Shown here: one piece after another, positions 38,617 through 47,880 of the stretch
How positions within the stretch are numbered: position 1 is the stretch's first letter
Layout of the letters: every line of letters starts with the position of its first letter
Source: Bradymonadia bacterium
GTDB taxonomy: Bacteria; Myxococcota_A; Bradymonadia; UBA7976; UBA1532
Length of the DNA: 64,000 nucleotides
NCBI GenBank assembly: GCA_046290225.1
Contig: JBKAGE010000034.1
Coordinates: 480,001 to 544,000, forward strand
Direction: 5' to 3'
Translations under genes and position numbers: made by a program
The notes under the pieces: model-generated
Databases searched by the model: none
Seen by the model: the letters and a program-made list of their open reading frames with translations, nothing else
What the model was told of the DNA's origin: nothing

Positions 38617-39222
38617 GTGAAGGTGCCCACCATGTCGCGAAAAACCGCCTCGACCAGCCGGATCACCGAGATTGCGGTGGTCTTGGGCTCGATGCTCCTC
38701 ATCATCGGGCTGCTCAACCATCATTTGCAGGCTGCCGGGCCTCGGCCAGAGCTCGAGCTCATCGAGGCGTTCCCGGGTGCGCAGATCGCTGAAGGCCCCG
38801 CGCCGGATTTTGCTCTGGAGCGGGCCGATGGCAGCATCGTCACCCTCGAAGATCTCCGCGGGAAGGTCATCTTCCTGAACTTCTGGGCCACATGGTGCCC
38901 GCCGTGTCGCGAAGAGATGCCCGACATGGAGAAGCTCGCCCGCGACCTGCAGTTCGACCAGTTCGAGATGGTGGCCGTGAGCAGTGACGAGTCGTGGAAG
39001 GAGATCGACGACTATGCCCTGGGCTTCGAGGACAAGCTCGGGGGCATGACTGTGCTGCTCGACACCCAGAAGGCCCTCGCGGCAAAGTACGGCACTGAGA
39101 AGTTCCCCGAGACCTACATCATCGATCCCCAGGGTCGACTGCGCATGCGGTTCGTCAACAAGCAGCCCTGGACCCGCCCCGAGATCGCCACCTACCTGAA
39201 CTGGCTGGCCAACGGCGGATGA
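38617..39222 (+). CDS. TlpA/ResA-family disulfide reductase
   Basis: TM anchor, APDFAL, FLNFWATWCPPCREEMP and FPETYIID. Confidence 0.92.
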   Translation: MKVPTMSRKTASTSRITEIAVVLGSMLLIIGLLNHHLQAAGPRPELELIEAFPGAQIAEGPAPDFALERADGSIVTLEDLRGKVIFLNFWATWCPPCREEMPDMEKLARDLQFDQFEMVAVSSDESWKEIDDYALGFEDKLGGMTVLLDTQKALAAKYGTEKFPETYIIDPQGRLRMRFVNKQPWTRPEIATYLNWLANGG

Positions 39223-40295
39223 AGATCACCACGGGCACTGACGAGATCAGCACCCTCAAGACCCCACCGAGCGCCGTCCGGCGGCGGCTCGTCGTGGCGG
39301 GCCTCTCCGTCGTCGGGGTCATCGTCATGGGCATCGCGGGCTACTATGCCCTCGGTCAGGGGCGCTGGTCGGTCTTGCAGTGCGCCTACATGGTGCTCAT
39401 CACCATCACCACCGTGGGCTATGGCGAGACCTTGCCGGTCTCCGAGTCGCCCATCGCTCAGATCTTCACCATCGTGCTGCTCATCAGCGGTATGGGGGTG
39501 AGCTTCTATTTCCTGTCGGCCCTCACCGCCTTCATCATCGAGGGTGATCTCAGAGAGGCCCTGTGGAGACGCCGCATGTTGCGAAAGCTGCGTGATCTCG
39601 AAGGTCACTACATCGTCTGTGGTGCCGGGGAGACCGGCCGGCACGTCTCCGAGGAGATCGTACGTGCTGGTTCACAGCTCGTGGTCATCGAACACGACCA
39701 GGATCGACTCGACCGCCTCTCTGCACTGCTCGGCGACGACTTCATCGCCCTTAAGGGTGACGCCACCGCCGACGAGGTGCTGCTCGAGGCCCGCGTAGAG
39801 CACGCCGCGGGGCTGGTGAGCTCGCTGCAGACCGACCGGGACAACCTCTTTGTATCGCTCACCGCCCGGGCCCTCAACCCCGGCCTGCGCATCGTCAGCC
39901 GCGGCATCGAAGAGCAGGCGACGGCCAAGCTGCATCGCGCCGGCGCTGACTCGGTCATCAGCCCCAACGCCATCGGTGGGCGCCGTATGGCCCACGAGCT
40001 GATGACCCCGGATCTTGTCGGCTTCCTCGACCTCATCGCCCGAGACGCCGGTGAGGATCTCGAGATCCGACAAGTCACCCTGCCCCCGCGGAGTCCTGTC
40101 GTCGGCCGCACGCTTGCAGATTCTGGGATTCGCGCCGCCTCGAACGCCCTCGTACTCGCCACGATTGACGAAGGCGGACAGGACTACACCTACAACCCCT
40201 CGCCCTCAGTGGAGCTGAAGGCAGGCATGCGCTTGCTCGTCATGGGCATGCACGGCTCGCTCGAGGATCTCGCCCAGTACATCGCTGAGAGCTGA
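39219..40295 (+). CDS. Potassium channel with RCK (TrkA-N/C) domains
   Basis: TITTVGYGE filter, HYIVCGAGETG and GDAT. Confidence 0.92.
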   Translation: MKITTGTDEISTLKTPPSAVRRRLVVAGLSVVGVIVMGIAGYYALGQGRWSVLQCAYMVLITITTVGYGETLPVSESPIAQIFTIVLLISGMGVSFYFLSALTAFIIEGDLREALWRRRMLRKLRDLEGHYIVCGAGETGRHVSEEIVRAGSQLVVIEHDQDRLDRLSALLGDDFIALKGDATADEVLLEARVEHAAGLVSSLQTDRDNLFVSLTARALNPGLRIVSRGIEEQATAKLHRAGADSVISPNAIGGRRMAHELMTPDLVGFLDLIARDAGEDLEIRQVTLPPRSPVVGRTLADSGIRAASNALVLATIDEGGQDYTYNPSPSVELKAGMRLLVMGMHGSLEDLAQYIAES

Positions 40296-42423
40296 GTAAC
40301 TCCACGGCGCCTCCTCGGACGATCCTCGGCAGAGGCTGGACCACTTCGTCGGGCCAGCTGATCACGCTCCGCCAGCCCAAGCCGTGCAACGTGATGGTCT
40401 GCACATGCTCGGGGAGCGCATAGGGAGTCGCAGCGGGCAGCCAACCTCTCGGCTCGCCGTCCACATTCAACACTCCACCACGGGGGCTCCACAGATATGC
40501 ACCATGATCCGTGGAGATCACCTGGAGCATATCGATGCCCTTCTGGCGGATGCAGCGATCTGTTTCGGCAGTATACGGGTAGTCACGGCCCTCGAGGATG
40601 GGGCCCCACATCACCGCGCCCCCGCAGGAGAGCGCGTCGAGATGATCGACGAGGTCGATCCCTGGATGACCTCGATCCCCAGGCAGATCGGGGAGCCGCT
40701 CGAAGAGAGCCTGGAAGACCCGGTCGCCGCCGATCTCCACCCGATCGTCATCAGGATCTACGGCACTTTGCCCATCGTGGAGATCCCACAAAATGGCGGC
40801 CACCAGCCACTCTGAGACCGCCCCGTCCAGAGCGCCACCTGCGGTGCCAAAGGCGAAGTCGTCGTCGATGATCTCCACATCGACCATGGAGACACCATTG
40901 GCCTTCATGTCGAGCAGTTGAGGTGCGCCCTTGATCCAGGCGCCGTGGAAGTGAGCCACCCCCTCGGACCACGCCAGCGTGGGATCGGTGGGCGTGCCGT
41001 CATGGGCGCCACCTGGGCTGTCGTCTATGCCATAAACCTCGGCCACATGGTGGCCGACCTCGTGGGCGATGATGTCGTCATCCCACTCGTCGGGATCACG
41101 TGGCGTCCCGCCGAGCTCGATGACAGGCTGTGGGCCCGGCACAAAACAGGTGCCACACCCGGCAGCCTCACCAGGCCGCCATCTGATGATCATGGCGACA
41201 TCAGCGGCGGATGCTCTGAGCGCCGTTGTCCGCTCGAGGGCCTGTGTCGACGTTGCCAGCACATGAAACGCAGGTGTCAGAGGGGACTCGACGTCGAGGG
41301 TGATCTCACCGAGATCAATCTGCTGTACGTCTACGCCGGGCGCTGGCGTGCTCGGCGTCGAGAGTGGCACGGCCCACGGTGCTTCGAGACCTTCAGCCAC
41401 CACTCGAACCGGTACACCAGAGGCCTCGGCACGGGCCACAATCCTGGCCACTGGGCGCTGAGTGGGCACGCCCGACCAACTCAGCTCAAAGTGGCCCTCA
41501 GCCTCAGTCCGCCCTTCAGCGAGGACCTCACCTGTCTCGTCGTCCACTGCGTCGACCGCTACACCTTCTACAGCCCAAGGCTCAGGATCATCGAGGCCCT
41601 CGAGGGTGACGTCCCTGTCGATGAGAGAGACCTGGCCGGTGATGCGCCACTCGATCTCCGCCACTGGCCTGGGCTCGCTGCCCACCGCCAGCTCATATTC
41701 GAGGACCTCGCCGCCCGGGGCGCTGAGTTCGAGGGTGGCCTGCTCGCCCGCAGCTGTCTCTGCCACGAGCGTCGCTGAGTCTCCTGCAGCCAGTGTACGG
41801 GCCTCAGGGACAGCCTCTCCATCTGCACTCAAGGTGATGCGCATGGGATCACCCCGAACGTGACTGACAGCGACGGTGATCACATCTGTGTCGAGCCCCG
41901 CGACGGTGAAGACGTCGCGCTCTTCGCCGCACATCGACAAGCGACCTCGATACCCCGGGGCCAACACGATGGGGGTATTGCCCCCCCACTCGTCGGGCAG
42001 ACAACGATCTTCGGCGAGGGTGCGCACGACGGTGAGGCTGTACCTCAGACCTTCTGCCGCCACATCACCGGTGATCTCGAGCGGCTGAGATGCACCGTCC
42101 TGGTCAAAGACCACCGAGAGTGGCTCACCGGCACCAGCCTCTGCGTCTCCGCTGCGGATCGTGCCGCCTGCTGCGTTCAGCGTGATGGTGAGCTGATCAT
42201 CTCGATCGCCCTCCAAGAGGAACACGTCAACGGGGGCTTCGGGGCAGAGCCGGAGGGCCTCGGTGAGACCGTCCGGCAGGATGGGTGGGCGCTCTACATT
42301 GACGAAGCGATCGTCGCTGCATCGAGAAGAGGCATCTGGTGTGCTGGCGTCGACCACAACTTCGTCAACGGCGCCGCCGTCATCGCAGGCCTGGCCGGCC
42401 AGCGCGATGGCGACCAGGGCCAT
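40240..42423 (-). CDS. Putative lipoprotein zinc metalloprotease with N-terminal PPC-like domains
   Basis: Lipobox-like AGQAC, acidic beta-domains, IIAHEVGHH..AWSEGVA. Start 42423 or 42465. Confidence 0.7.
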   Translation of the reverse strand: MALVAIALAGQACDDGGAVDEVVVDASTPDASSRCSDDRFVNVERPPILPDGLTEALRLCPEAPVDVFLLEGDRDDQLTITLNAAGGTIRSGDAEAGAGEPLSVVFDQDGASQPLEITGDVAAEGLRYSLTVVRTLAEDRCLPDEWGGNTPIVLAPGYRGRLSMCGEERDVFTVAGLDTDVITVAVSHVRGDPMRITLSADGEAVPEARTLAAGDSATLVAETAAGEQATLELSAPGGEVLEYELAVGSEPRPVAEIEWRITGQVSLIDRDVTLEGLDDPEPWAVEGVAVDAVDDETGEVLAEGRTEAEGHFELSWSGVPTQRPVARIVARAEASGVPVRVVAEGLEAPWAVPLSTPSTPAPGVDVQQIDLGEITLDVESPLTPAFHVLATSTQALERTTALRASAADVAMIIRWRPGEAAGCGTCFVPGPQPVIELGGTPRDPDEWDDDIIAHEVGHHVAEVYGIDDSPGGAHDGTPTDPTLAWSEGVAHFHGAWIKGAPQLLDMKANGVSMVDVEIIDDDFAFGTAGGALDGAVSEWLVAAILWDLHDGQSAVDPDDDRVEIGGDRVFQALFERLPDLPGDRGHPGIDLVDHLDALSCGGAVMWGPILEGRDYPYTAETDRCIRQKGIDMLQVISTDHGAYLWSPRGGVLNVDGEPRGWLPAATPYALPEHVQTITLHGLGWRSVISWPDEVVQPLPRIVRGGAVELLSSQRCTGRDPRASRACP

Positions 42424-42839
42424 CAAGCGTAGCGGCGCTCCTTGAGCTCTTGGGTCTCTTTGCATCGGATGCACAGGGTGGTCACCGGCCGCGCCCTCAG
42501 GCGGTTGAGGGGGATGTCATCCCCGCAGTCCCCGCATTCAAAGTACTCACCGGCCTCGAGGCGCTCAAGGGCGTCTCTGATCTTGTTGATCAAAGCCCGC
42601 TCTCGGCCCCTCATCCGCATCTCGAGGTGTTGCTGGTTGTCCGCCACGGCGGAGTCGATCTCGTCGACGAGCTCGGATTCGTCCACGGTCATGGTCTCAC
42701 TGAGCGTGCGCTGGGCCCGGGCGAGCAACTTCTGACGCTCTTGATAGAGCACATGACGGATGCGCTCTGCCTCGTTGGCCTGCTCCTCCAGGGGCAGCTC
42801 GTAAAAGTAGACATGCCTTCGGTGTGGGTTATCAGCCAT
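42423..42839 (-). CDS. dksA: DksA/TraR-family C4 zinc-finger protein
   Basis: DEIDSA (DxxDxA) coiled-coil tip and CGDC..RLRARPVTTLCIRC. Confidence 0.85.
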   Translation of the reverse strand: MADNPHRRHVYFYELPLEEQANEAERIRHVLYQERQKLLARAQRTLSETMTVDESELVDEIDSAVADNQQHLEMRMRGRERALINKIRDALERLEAGEYFECGDCGDDIPLNRLRARPVTTLCIRCKETQELKERRYA

Positions 42840-42868
42840 CGTCCCCTCCGCTCTGGTACACTCGCCCC

Positions 42869-43447
42869 GTGATTACGCAGGCTTTTGTGTTGTACGCACT
42901 GATGGTGGCGGTGGCGGCGCTGCTGAACAGCACGCTCGACGGCGAGCTCAGCAGCCTCTGGGCCCCGCTGCCCCACACCTCGAGCGCGGAGCTCTCGGTG
43001 ACCTTGGGCGTGTCCACGGGGCTGGTGGTGGTGTTCCTGGGGCGCATCACGGAGCGCTACTCCGCTCGCACCCGGTCGATCACCCAAGCCTTTGCCGACA
43101 TGCTCAAGGGGACCACAGCCCAGGCCGTGTTCCCCATCGCCTTGATGAGCAGCCTCGCTGAGGAGCTGTTCTTTCGCGGCTTTCTTCAACCCCGCTTCGG
43201 GCTCGTGATCACCGCCGTGATATTCGGGGTGGTACACGTGGCCTTCGATCGTCGCCTGATGCCGTGGTGGCAGTTGGCGGCCATCGTGATGGGGCTCATG
43301 TTCGGCTGGCTTATGGAGCTGACCGGCACCATTCTGGCGCCGTTCCTCGCCCACTTCACCATCAACTTCTTCAACTTGCACCACATCCTCGGCCCCACGA
43401 CCTCATCTGCTCAGATGGGTCATACCGCCAAAGAGTGGAAGCGTTAG
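42869..43447 (+). CDS. CPBP (CAAX/Abi) family intramembrane metalloprotease
   Basis: AEELFFRG, FGVVH and APFLAH motifs. Confidence 0.88.
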   Translation: MITQAFVLYALMVAVAALLNSTLDGELSSLWAPLPHTSSAELSVTLGVSTGLVVVFLGRITERYSARTRSITQAFADMLKGTTAQAVFPIALMSSLAEELFFRGFLQPRFGLVITAVIFGVVHVAFDRRLMPWWQLAAIVMGLMFGWLMELTGTILAPFLAHFTINFFNLHHILGPTTSSAQMGHTAKEWKR

Positions 43448-43474
43448 AAGGTTCGTCTCAGAAGAAGCAGGTGA

Positions 43475-44170
43475 TTAGGGGGCAGGGTCCCCGGCGACCC
43501 GGTCGAACCAGTAGCGGACGATGGGCATCTCCGCGGCGACGCACCTTCGCTCTCGATGCGTGAAGGGCAGATCAGCCTCGCCAAAGGGGGTGGGCCCCTC
43601 GAGACAACTCACTTGCTCGAAGGCCTCTCTGATCTCGTCGGCGATCATGGGCACGTCGGACTTCACCCAGATGCGACCGCCCGGGGCCAGCAACCCTGCG
43701 AGGGTGTGCGCATAGTCGAGGTTCACCAGGCGCCGCTTGGCGTGACGCTTCTTCCACCATGGGTCAGGGAAGTTGATGAACACCGCCTGCAGACTGCCGG
43801 GAGCGAAGATCGCCGGCACCACGAGGTGGGCGTCGCCCCAGACGATCTTCAGGTTGTCCATGCCCCCAGCATCGGCCACCTGCTGCGCGACGTAGTAGGG
43901 GTAGCGACGTCGCAGCTCTACGCCCACATGGTTGTGATCGGGCCACTGCTCCGCGAGGGCTCTCAAGAACACACCGCGGTTGAAGCCGATCTCGAGGGTG
44001 AGTGGGGCCTCGCGGTTGAAAACCTCGGGCCACAGCACCGGCAGCGACTCGGGATCAGGGGCTGTCTGATGCCCGCCTCGGGCGTTGGTGCCAAAGAGCA
44101 GTGTGTTGAGCATGACCTCGCCAGCGGCCCCTTCGGGGACGTTGACGTTGGGAGACTTCATGCGGGTCAT
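43475..44170 (-). CDS. trmB: tRNA (guanine-N7)-methyltransferase
   Basis: LEIGF..G, GVE, INFPDPWWKKRHAKRRL and KSD. Confidence 0.9.
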   Translation of the reverse strand: MTRMKSPNVNVPEGAAGEVMLNTLLFGTNARGGHQTAPDPESLPVLWPEVFNREAPLTLEIGFNRGVFLRALAEQWPDHNHVGVELRRRYPYYVAQQVADAGGMDNLKIVWGDAHLVVPAIFAPGSLQAVFINFPDPWWKKRHAKRRLVNLDYAHTLAGLLAPGGRIWVKSDVPMIADEIREAFEQVSCLEGPTPFGEADLPFTHRERRCVAAEMPIVRYWFDRVAGDPAP

Positions 44171-44179
44171 GAGGCGTCC

Positions 44180-44497
44180 TCAGGGGGTTGATGCGCTGGG
44201 GTTTGGGGCGCCGGGATTCGGGGCGCTGGGATTCGGGGCGCTGGGACTCGGGGCGCTGGGGGCAGGCGCGGAAGTCGCGCCCTCGATCTTCGCGGATGCC
44301 GGTGGGGCGGAAGGAGGCAACTCTGTAGACGGATCAACGGTCAGGTTCTGGATGAAGTCGGCGGTGGACTCCCCCATGTTGGCCTTGAAGGCGATGACCA
44401 GAACCAGGGCGATGCTCAGCAACACCAGGTTGAACCAGCTGGGCTTCCGGTGGCGGGCGATGTCGCTGGCCCTCACTCGACGTCGACGTTGGTTCAT
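44180..44497 (-). CDS. Small single-TM protein with PSAP(N/S) repeat tail
   Basis: ATG 44497 after an AGGAG RBS, basic N-terminus, TM helix and Pro-rich repeats. Confidence 0.6.
   Translation of the reverse strand: MNQRRRRVRASDIARHRKPSWFNLVLLSIALVLVIAFKANMGESTADFIQNLTVDPSTELPPSAPPASAKIEGATSAPAPSAPSPSAPNPSAPNPGAPNPSASTP
44193..44260. repeat. 15-bp coding tandem repeat (about 4.5 copies)
   Basis: GCGCTGGGATTCGGG-like units. Confidence 0.85.
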
Positions 44498-44604
44498 GTG
44501 CGCTCTCCTTGACCGTCGTACAGCCGTATATCTCCGACCTCGCTCCAATGGCGGGGCACACCAGCGTACAGCGCTCGGTGTACAGAGGCGACTGCGGAGC
44601 GCCT

Positions 44605-46341
44605 CTACCCTGCGGCGGGTCGAATATCTTTCACCGTGAGGGTGAGCCGTTTTCGACCGCGCCACACATTGAAGCCGGCGGCGAATAATAGATCGACGGG
44701 CGCCTGGATCAATGGCAGAACCTGCTCCGCCATCCTCCAGGCCATGGCATCACACAGCCCGTCGGCGGTATAGACCTGCATCTTCAGGTGATTGTTCCGC
44801 AATACGGTGTAATCCTGAATCTGCACGCCACGGGCTGCGAGCACCGGGGTGGGGTTCGACTGCCCATAGGGTTCGAGCATCTCCAACGCCTTGATGTCGG
44901 CGGTCTTGAGATCGTGCAGGTCGATGACCGCGTCGACCTCTACCCCAGTCTGCTGGGGTTGTCCTTGAAGGCCGGCGGCCACCTCCCGATTGAACGCCTC
45001 GACGAAGGCAGGGAGCGCGCTCACCTTCAGCGCCAGCCCTGCAGCGGCGGCATGCCCACCGTGGCGCAAGAGATGCTCTGAACAGCGATCCAGGGCCCCC
45101 TTGATGTCGAGGCCCGGCACGCTGCGGGCGCTGCCCTTCAGGGTGTCGCCGTCATGGCCCAGCAAGATCGCCGGGCGACGGAAACGCTCGACCAGCCGAG
45201 AGGCCACGATGCCGATGACGCCGGGGTGCCACATGGGATCACTGAGCACCACCGCAGGAGCATCGGAGAGCTGAGGATCACCTTCCACCCTCGCCACGGC
45301 CTGATCAGCGATGCCCTTCTCGATCAGCTGGCGCTCTTCGTTGTGCTTCTCGACGATGGCGGCGAGGCGGTTGGCCTCCTGCAAACTGTCGCCCGTGAGC
45401 AGCTTGAACCCCCAGCTGGCGTCGTCGATGCGTCCGGCGGCGTTGATCCGCGGCCCGAGCCTGAAGGCCACGTCAGTGGAGTTCACGGCATCGGCGGTGA
45501 GCTTGGCGCGAGAGATGAGGGCCTGCACCCCGGTGCGGGTGCGCTTGCGCAGGATATCGAGACCATAACGCACCAGAGGCCGGTTCACCCCTGTGAGGGG
45601 CACCACGTCGGCCACAGTGCCCAGAGCGACCATGTCGAGCAGGAGGTCGGGGCGAGGCTCCGGGCGCCCGGTGAAGAAGCCCGCAGTGCGCATCTGGCGG
45701 CGCAGCTCGATGATGAGCATGAAGGTGACCCCCACGGCGGCCAGCTGCTTGCCGTCGAAGTCACACCCAGGGCGATGAGGGTTCAGGTGAGCGAACGCCT
45801 CGGGCTCCGGATCAGAGACCTGATGGTGATCGATGATGATCACGTCGATGCCCAGCCTGCGGGCGTGGGCCACCTCGTCTACGGCAGAAGATCCGTTATC
45901 GACGGTGATGAGCACACGGGTGCCCCGGGCGGCGAGCCGATCGATGGCTCCGATGTTGAGACCGTATCCTTCGGTGAGCCGATGCGGGATGTACACATCG
46001 AGCTCGCGGTCGAGGGCTTCTTTGAAGAACAACCACAGCAAACTGCTGCTGGTCACCCCATCGACGTCGTAGTCACCATAGACGGTGATTTGCTCACCCT
46101 GGTGCAGCGCCTTGATGATGCGGTGGCAGGCCCGCTCGATGTCGTCGAGGCCTCGAGGATCGGGGATATGGCGCAGATCGGCGTCGATGAAGTCCCGCAC
46201 GATGTCAGGGTCGTCCACCCCACGCCGCAGCATGATGGAAGCCACGAGAGGTGGCACACGGGCAGCCCGAGCGAGCTGATCGACGGCGTGTTGATCAACC
46301 TCGGGGAAGTTCCAGGATCTGCTGCCAGGGACGTAGGCCAT
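44605..46341 (-). CDS. recJ: ssDNA exonuclease RecJ
   Basis: YGDYDVDG, TVDNG, IDHH, LGTVADVVPL, GPRINAAGR and GGHAAAAG. Confidence 0.96.
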   Translation of the reverse strand: MAYVPGSRSWNFPEVDQHAVDQLARAARVPPLVASIMLRRGVDDPDIVRDFIDADLRHIPDPRGLDDIERACHRIIKALHQGEQITVYGDYDVDGVTSSSLLWLFFKEALDRELDVYIPHRLTEGYGLNIGAIDRLAARGTRVLITVDNGSSAVDEVAHARRLGIDVIIIDHHQVSDPEPEAFAHLNPHRPGCDFDGKQLAAVGVTFMLIIELRRQMRTAGFFTGRPEPRPDLLLDMVALGTVADVVPLTGVNRPLVRYGLDILRKRTRTGVQALISRAKLTADAVNSTDVAFRLGPRINAAGRIDDASWGFKLLTGDSLQEANRLAAIVEKHNEERQLIEKGIADQAVARVEGDPQLSDAPAVVLSDPMWHPGVIGIVASRLVERFRRPAILLGHDGDTLKGSARSVPGLDIKGALDRCSEHLLRHGGHAAAAGLALKVSALPAFVEAFNREVAAGLQGQPQQTGVEVDAVIDLHDLKTADIKALEMLEPYGQSNPTPVLAARGVQIQDYTVLRNNHLKMQVYTADGLCDAMAWRMAEQVLPLIQAPVDLLFAAGFNVWRGRKRLTLTVKDIRPAAG

Positions 46342-46658
46342 GTGGGGGTCCGTTCAGGTACTCAGAGTTCAACTGGCCAGGGGTCGCCGCATGCCCCTGA
46401 AACCCATTGTGTTGTGGTGCTCTGCGGCCACTCTTCGTGATCACATACACCTGCAGGTCTCGAATGATGCCCTCAAAGTGAATCAGTGAAGGGCTGATCA
46501 CACATTGATGGTGAGGATGATATGCCGAGGCCTGGGCCGCGTCTTTAATTCGGGTAACACCTGTTCAGGAACAACCGCAAGACATTTGTCCAGTGGTGTC
46601 TAAAAACCGCTTTGACATCGAAGAGATGCATGTGCGGTTCAGCAGGGTGTCTTTGAGG

Positions 46659-46684
46659 GAGGGCGCCCATGAAATGGGGCCCTC
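46659..46684 (-). terminator. Hairpin downstream of secF
   Basis: GAGGGC.CCCAT-GAA-ATGGG.GCCCTC inverted repeat. Confidence 0.4.
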
Positions 46685-46706
46685 GAAGAGGGCCGTCAGG
46701 GCAGGC

Positions 46707-47864
46707 TCAGGAGCTGGCCTCTGCAGTGGCAGGGGCGGGGACGTCGTTCTTGGCGAGGTAGGCATCCATGGCCAGCACAGCGGGGCTGGCGATGTAGATG
46801 CTGGAGTAGGTCCCCACCACCACACCGATGAGCATGGCGAAGGCGAAGTTCTGAATGATGCCACCGCCGAAGATGTAGATGGAGAGCACGGCGAGGAAGG
46901 TGGTCACCGAGGTCAGCACCGTACGGGACAGGCAGTCGTTGATGGAGATGTTCACGTTCTCCCGCAGACCCTTGCCGAGGCCCAACTCGATGGACTCACG
47001 GATGCGGTCGTACACCACGATGGTGTCGTTGAGGGAGTAACCGACGATGGCCAGCAGGGCGGCGATGATGGGGAGGCTGAACTCCATGCCGGTGATGCTG
47101 AAGATGCCGATGGTGATGCTCACGTCGTGGAACAGGGCGAGCACGGCGCCGGGGCTGTACCGCAGGTCGAAGCGGAAGCTGACGTAGAGCAGGATGCCGA
47201 TGAGGGCATACAGCACGGCGAGGATACCCTGGTTCCGCAGCTGCTTGCCCACAGCGGAGCCCACGGACTCGAGGCGCTGAATCTCTTTGAAGTTGTCGCC
47301 GAACTTGGCCTTGAGGGCCGTGGCGAGGCGGGCGCCGACGCCGGGCAGGCGGAGCACGTAGACGGGCTTGGCGCCCTGGCTCTGCACCACAGCCTCCCCA
47401 GTGGGGAAGCCAGCGTCGCCGAGGGCAGCCTTGAGATCAGCGAGGGACTTCTCTTCACCGAAGCGTACCCGGATCTCCTCACCGGTCTCGTCGGTGGCGT
47501 CGAAGAGCTCTGCGGCGCCGAGCTTGGCCTCCACAGCGGCCTTCACCTTGTCGATCTCAGCCTGCTTGAGCAGGCCCTGGGTGCGGCTGCGGACGAAGTA
47601 ACGACCTTCGTCGCCGATGCCGTAGGTCACCACCTCGGGGCTGTCGAGGCCAATGGACTCGGCCACCTCTTTGACAGCGCCGGTGTCCTGGCTGTTGTTG
47701 AAGGCTGCGAGGGCCTCGGTACCGCCGGCAAAGTCGATGCCGAAGTTGATGCCCTTGGTGAAGACCAGGACCCAGGAGGCCAGCACGATGATCACGCTCA
47801 TGGTGACCAGCGGGCGGGCCTTGCCGAGGAAGTCATAGCGAGTGCCGGGCTTGAAAAATTCCAC
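46707..47864 (-). CDS. secF: Protein translocase subunit SecF
   Basis: GIDFAGG, VGSAVG, GYSLNDTIVVYDRIRE and GTYSSIYIA. Confidence 0.96.
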   Translation of the reverse strand: MEFFKPGTRYDFLGKARPLVTMSVIIVLASWVLVFTKGINFGIDFAGGTEALAAFNNSQDTGAVKEVAESIGLDSPEVVTYGIGDEGRYFVRSRTQGLLKQAEIDKVKAAVEAKLGAAELFDATDETGEEIRVRFGEEKSLADLKAALGDAGFPTGEAVVQSQGAKPVYVLRLPGVGARLATALKAKFGDNFKEIQRLESVGSAVGKQLRNQGILAVLYALIGILLYVSFRFDLRYSPGAVLALFHDVSITIGIFSITGMEFSLPIIAALLAIVGYSLNDTIVVYDRIRESIELGLGKGLRENVNISINDCLSRTVLTSVTTFLAVLSIYIFGGGIIQNFAFAMLIGVVVGTYSSIYIASPAVLAMDAYLAKNDVPAPATAEASS

Positions 47865-47880
47865 AGTACGACTCCCTAGC

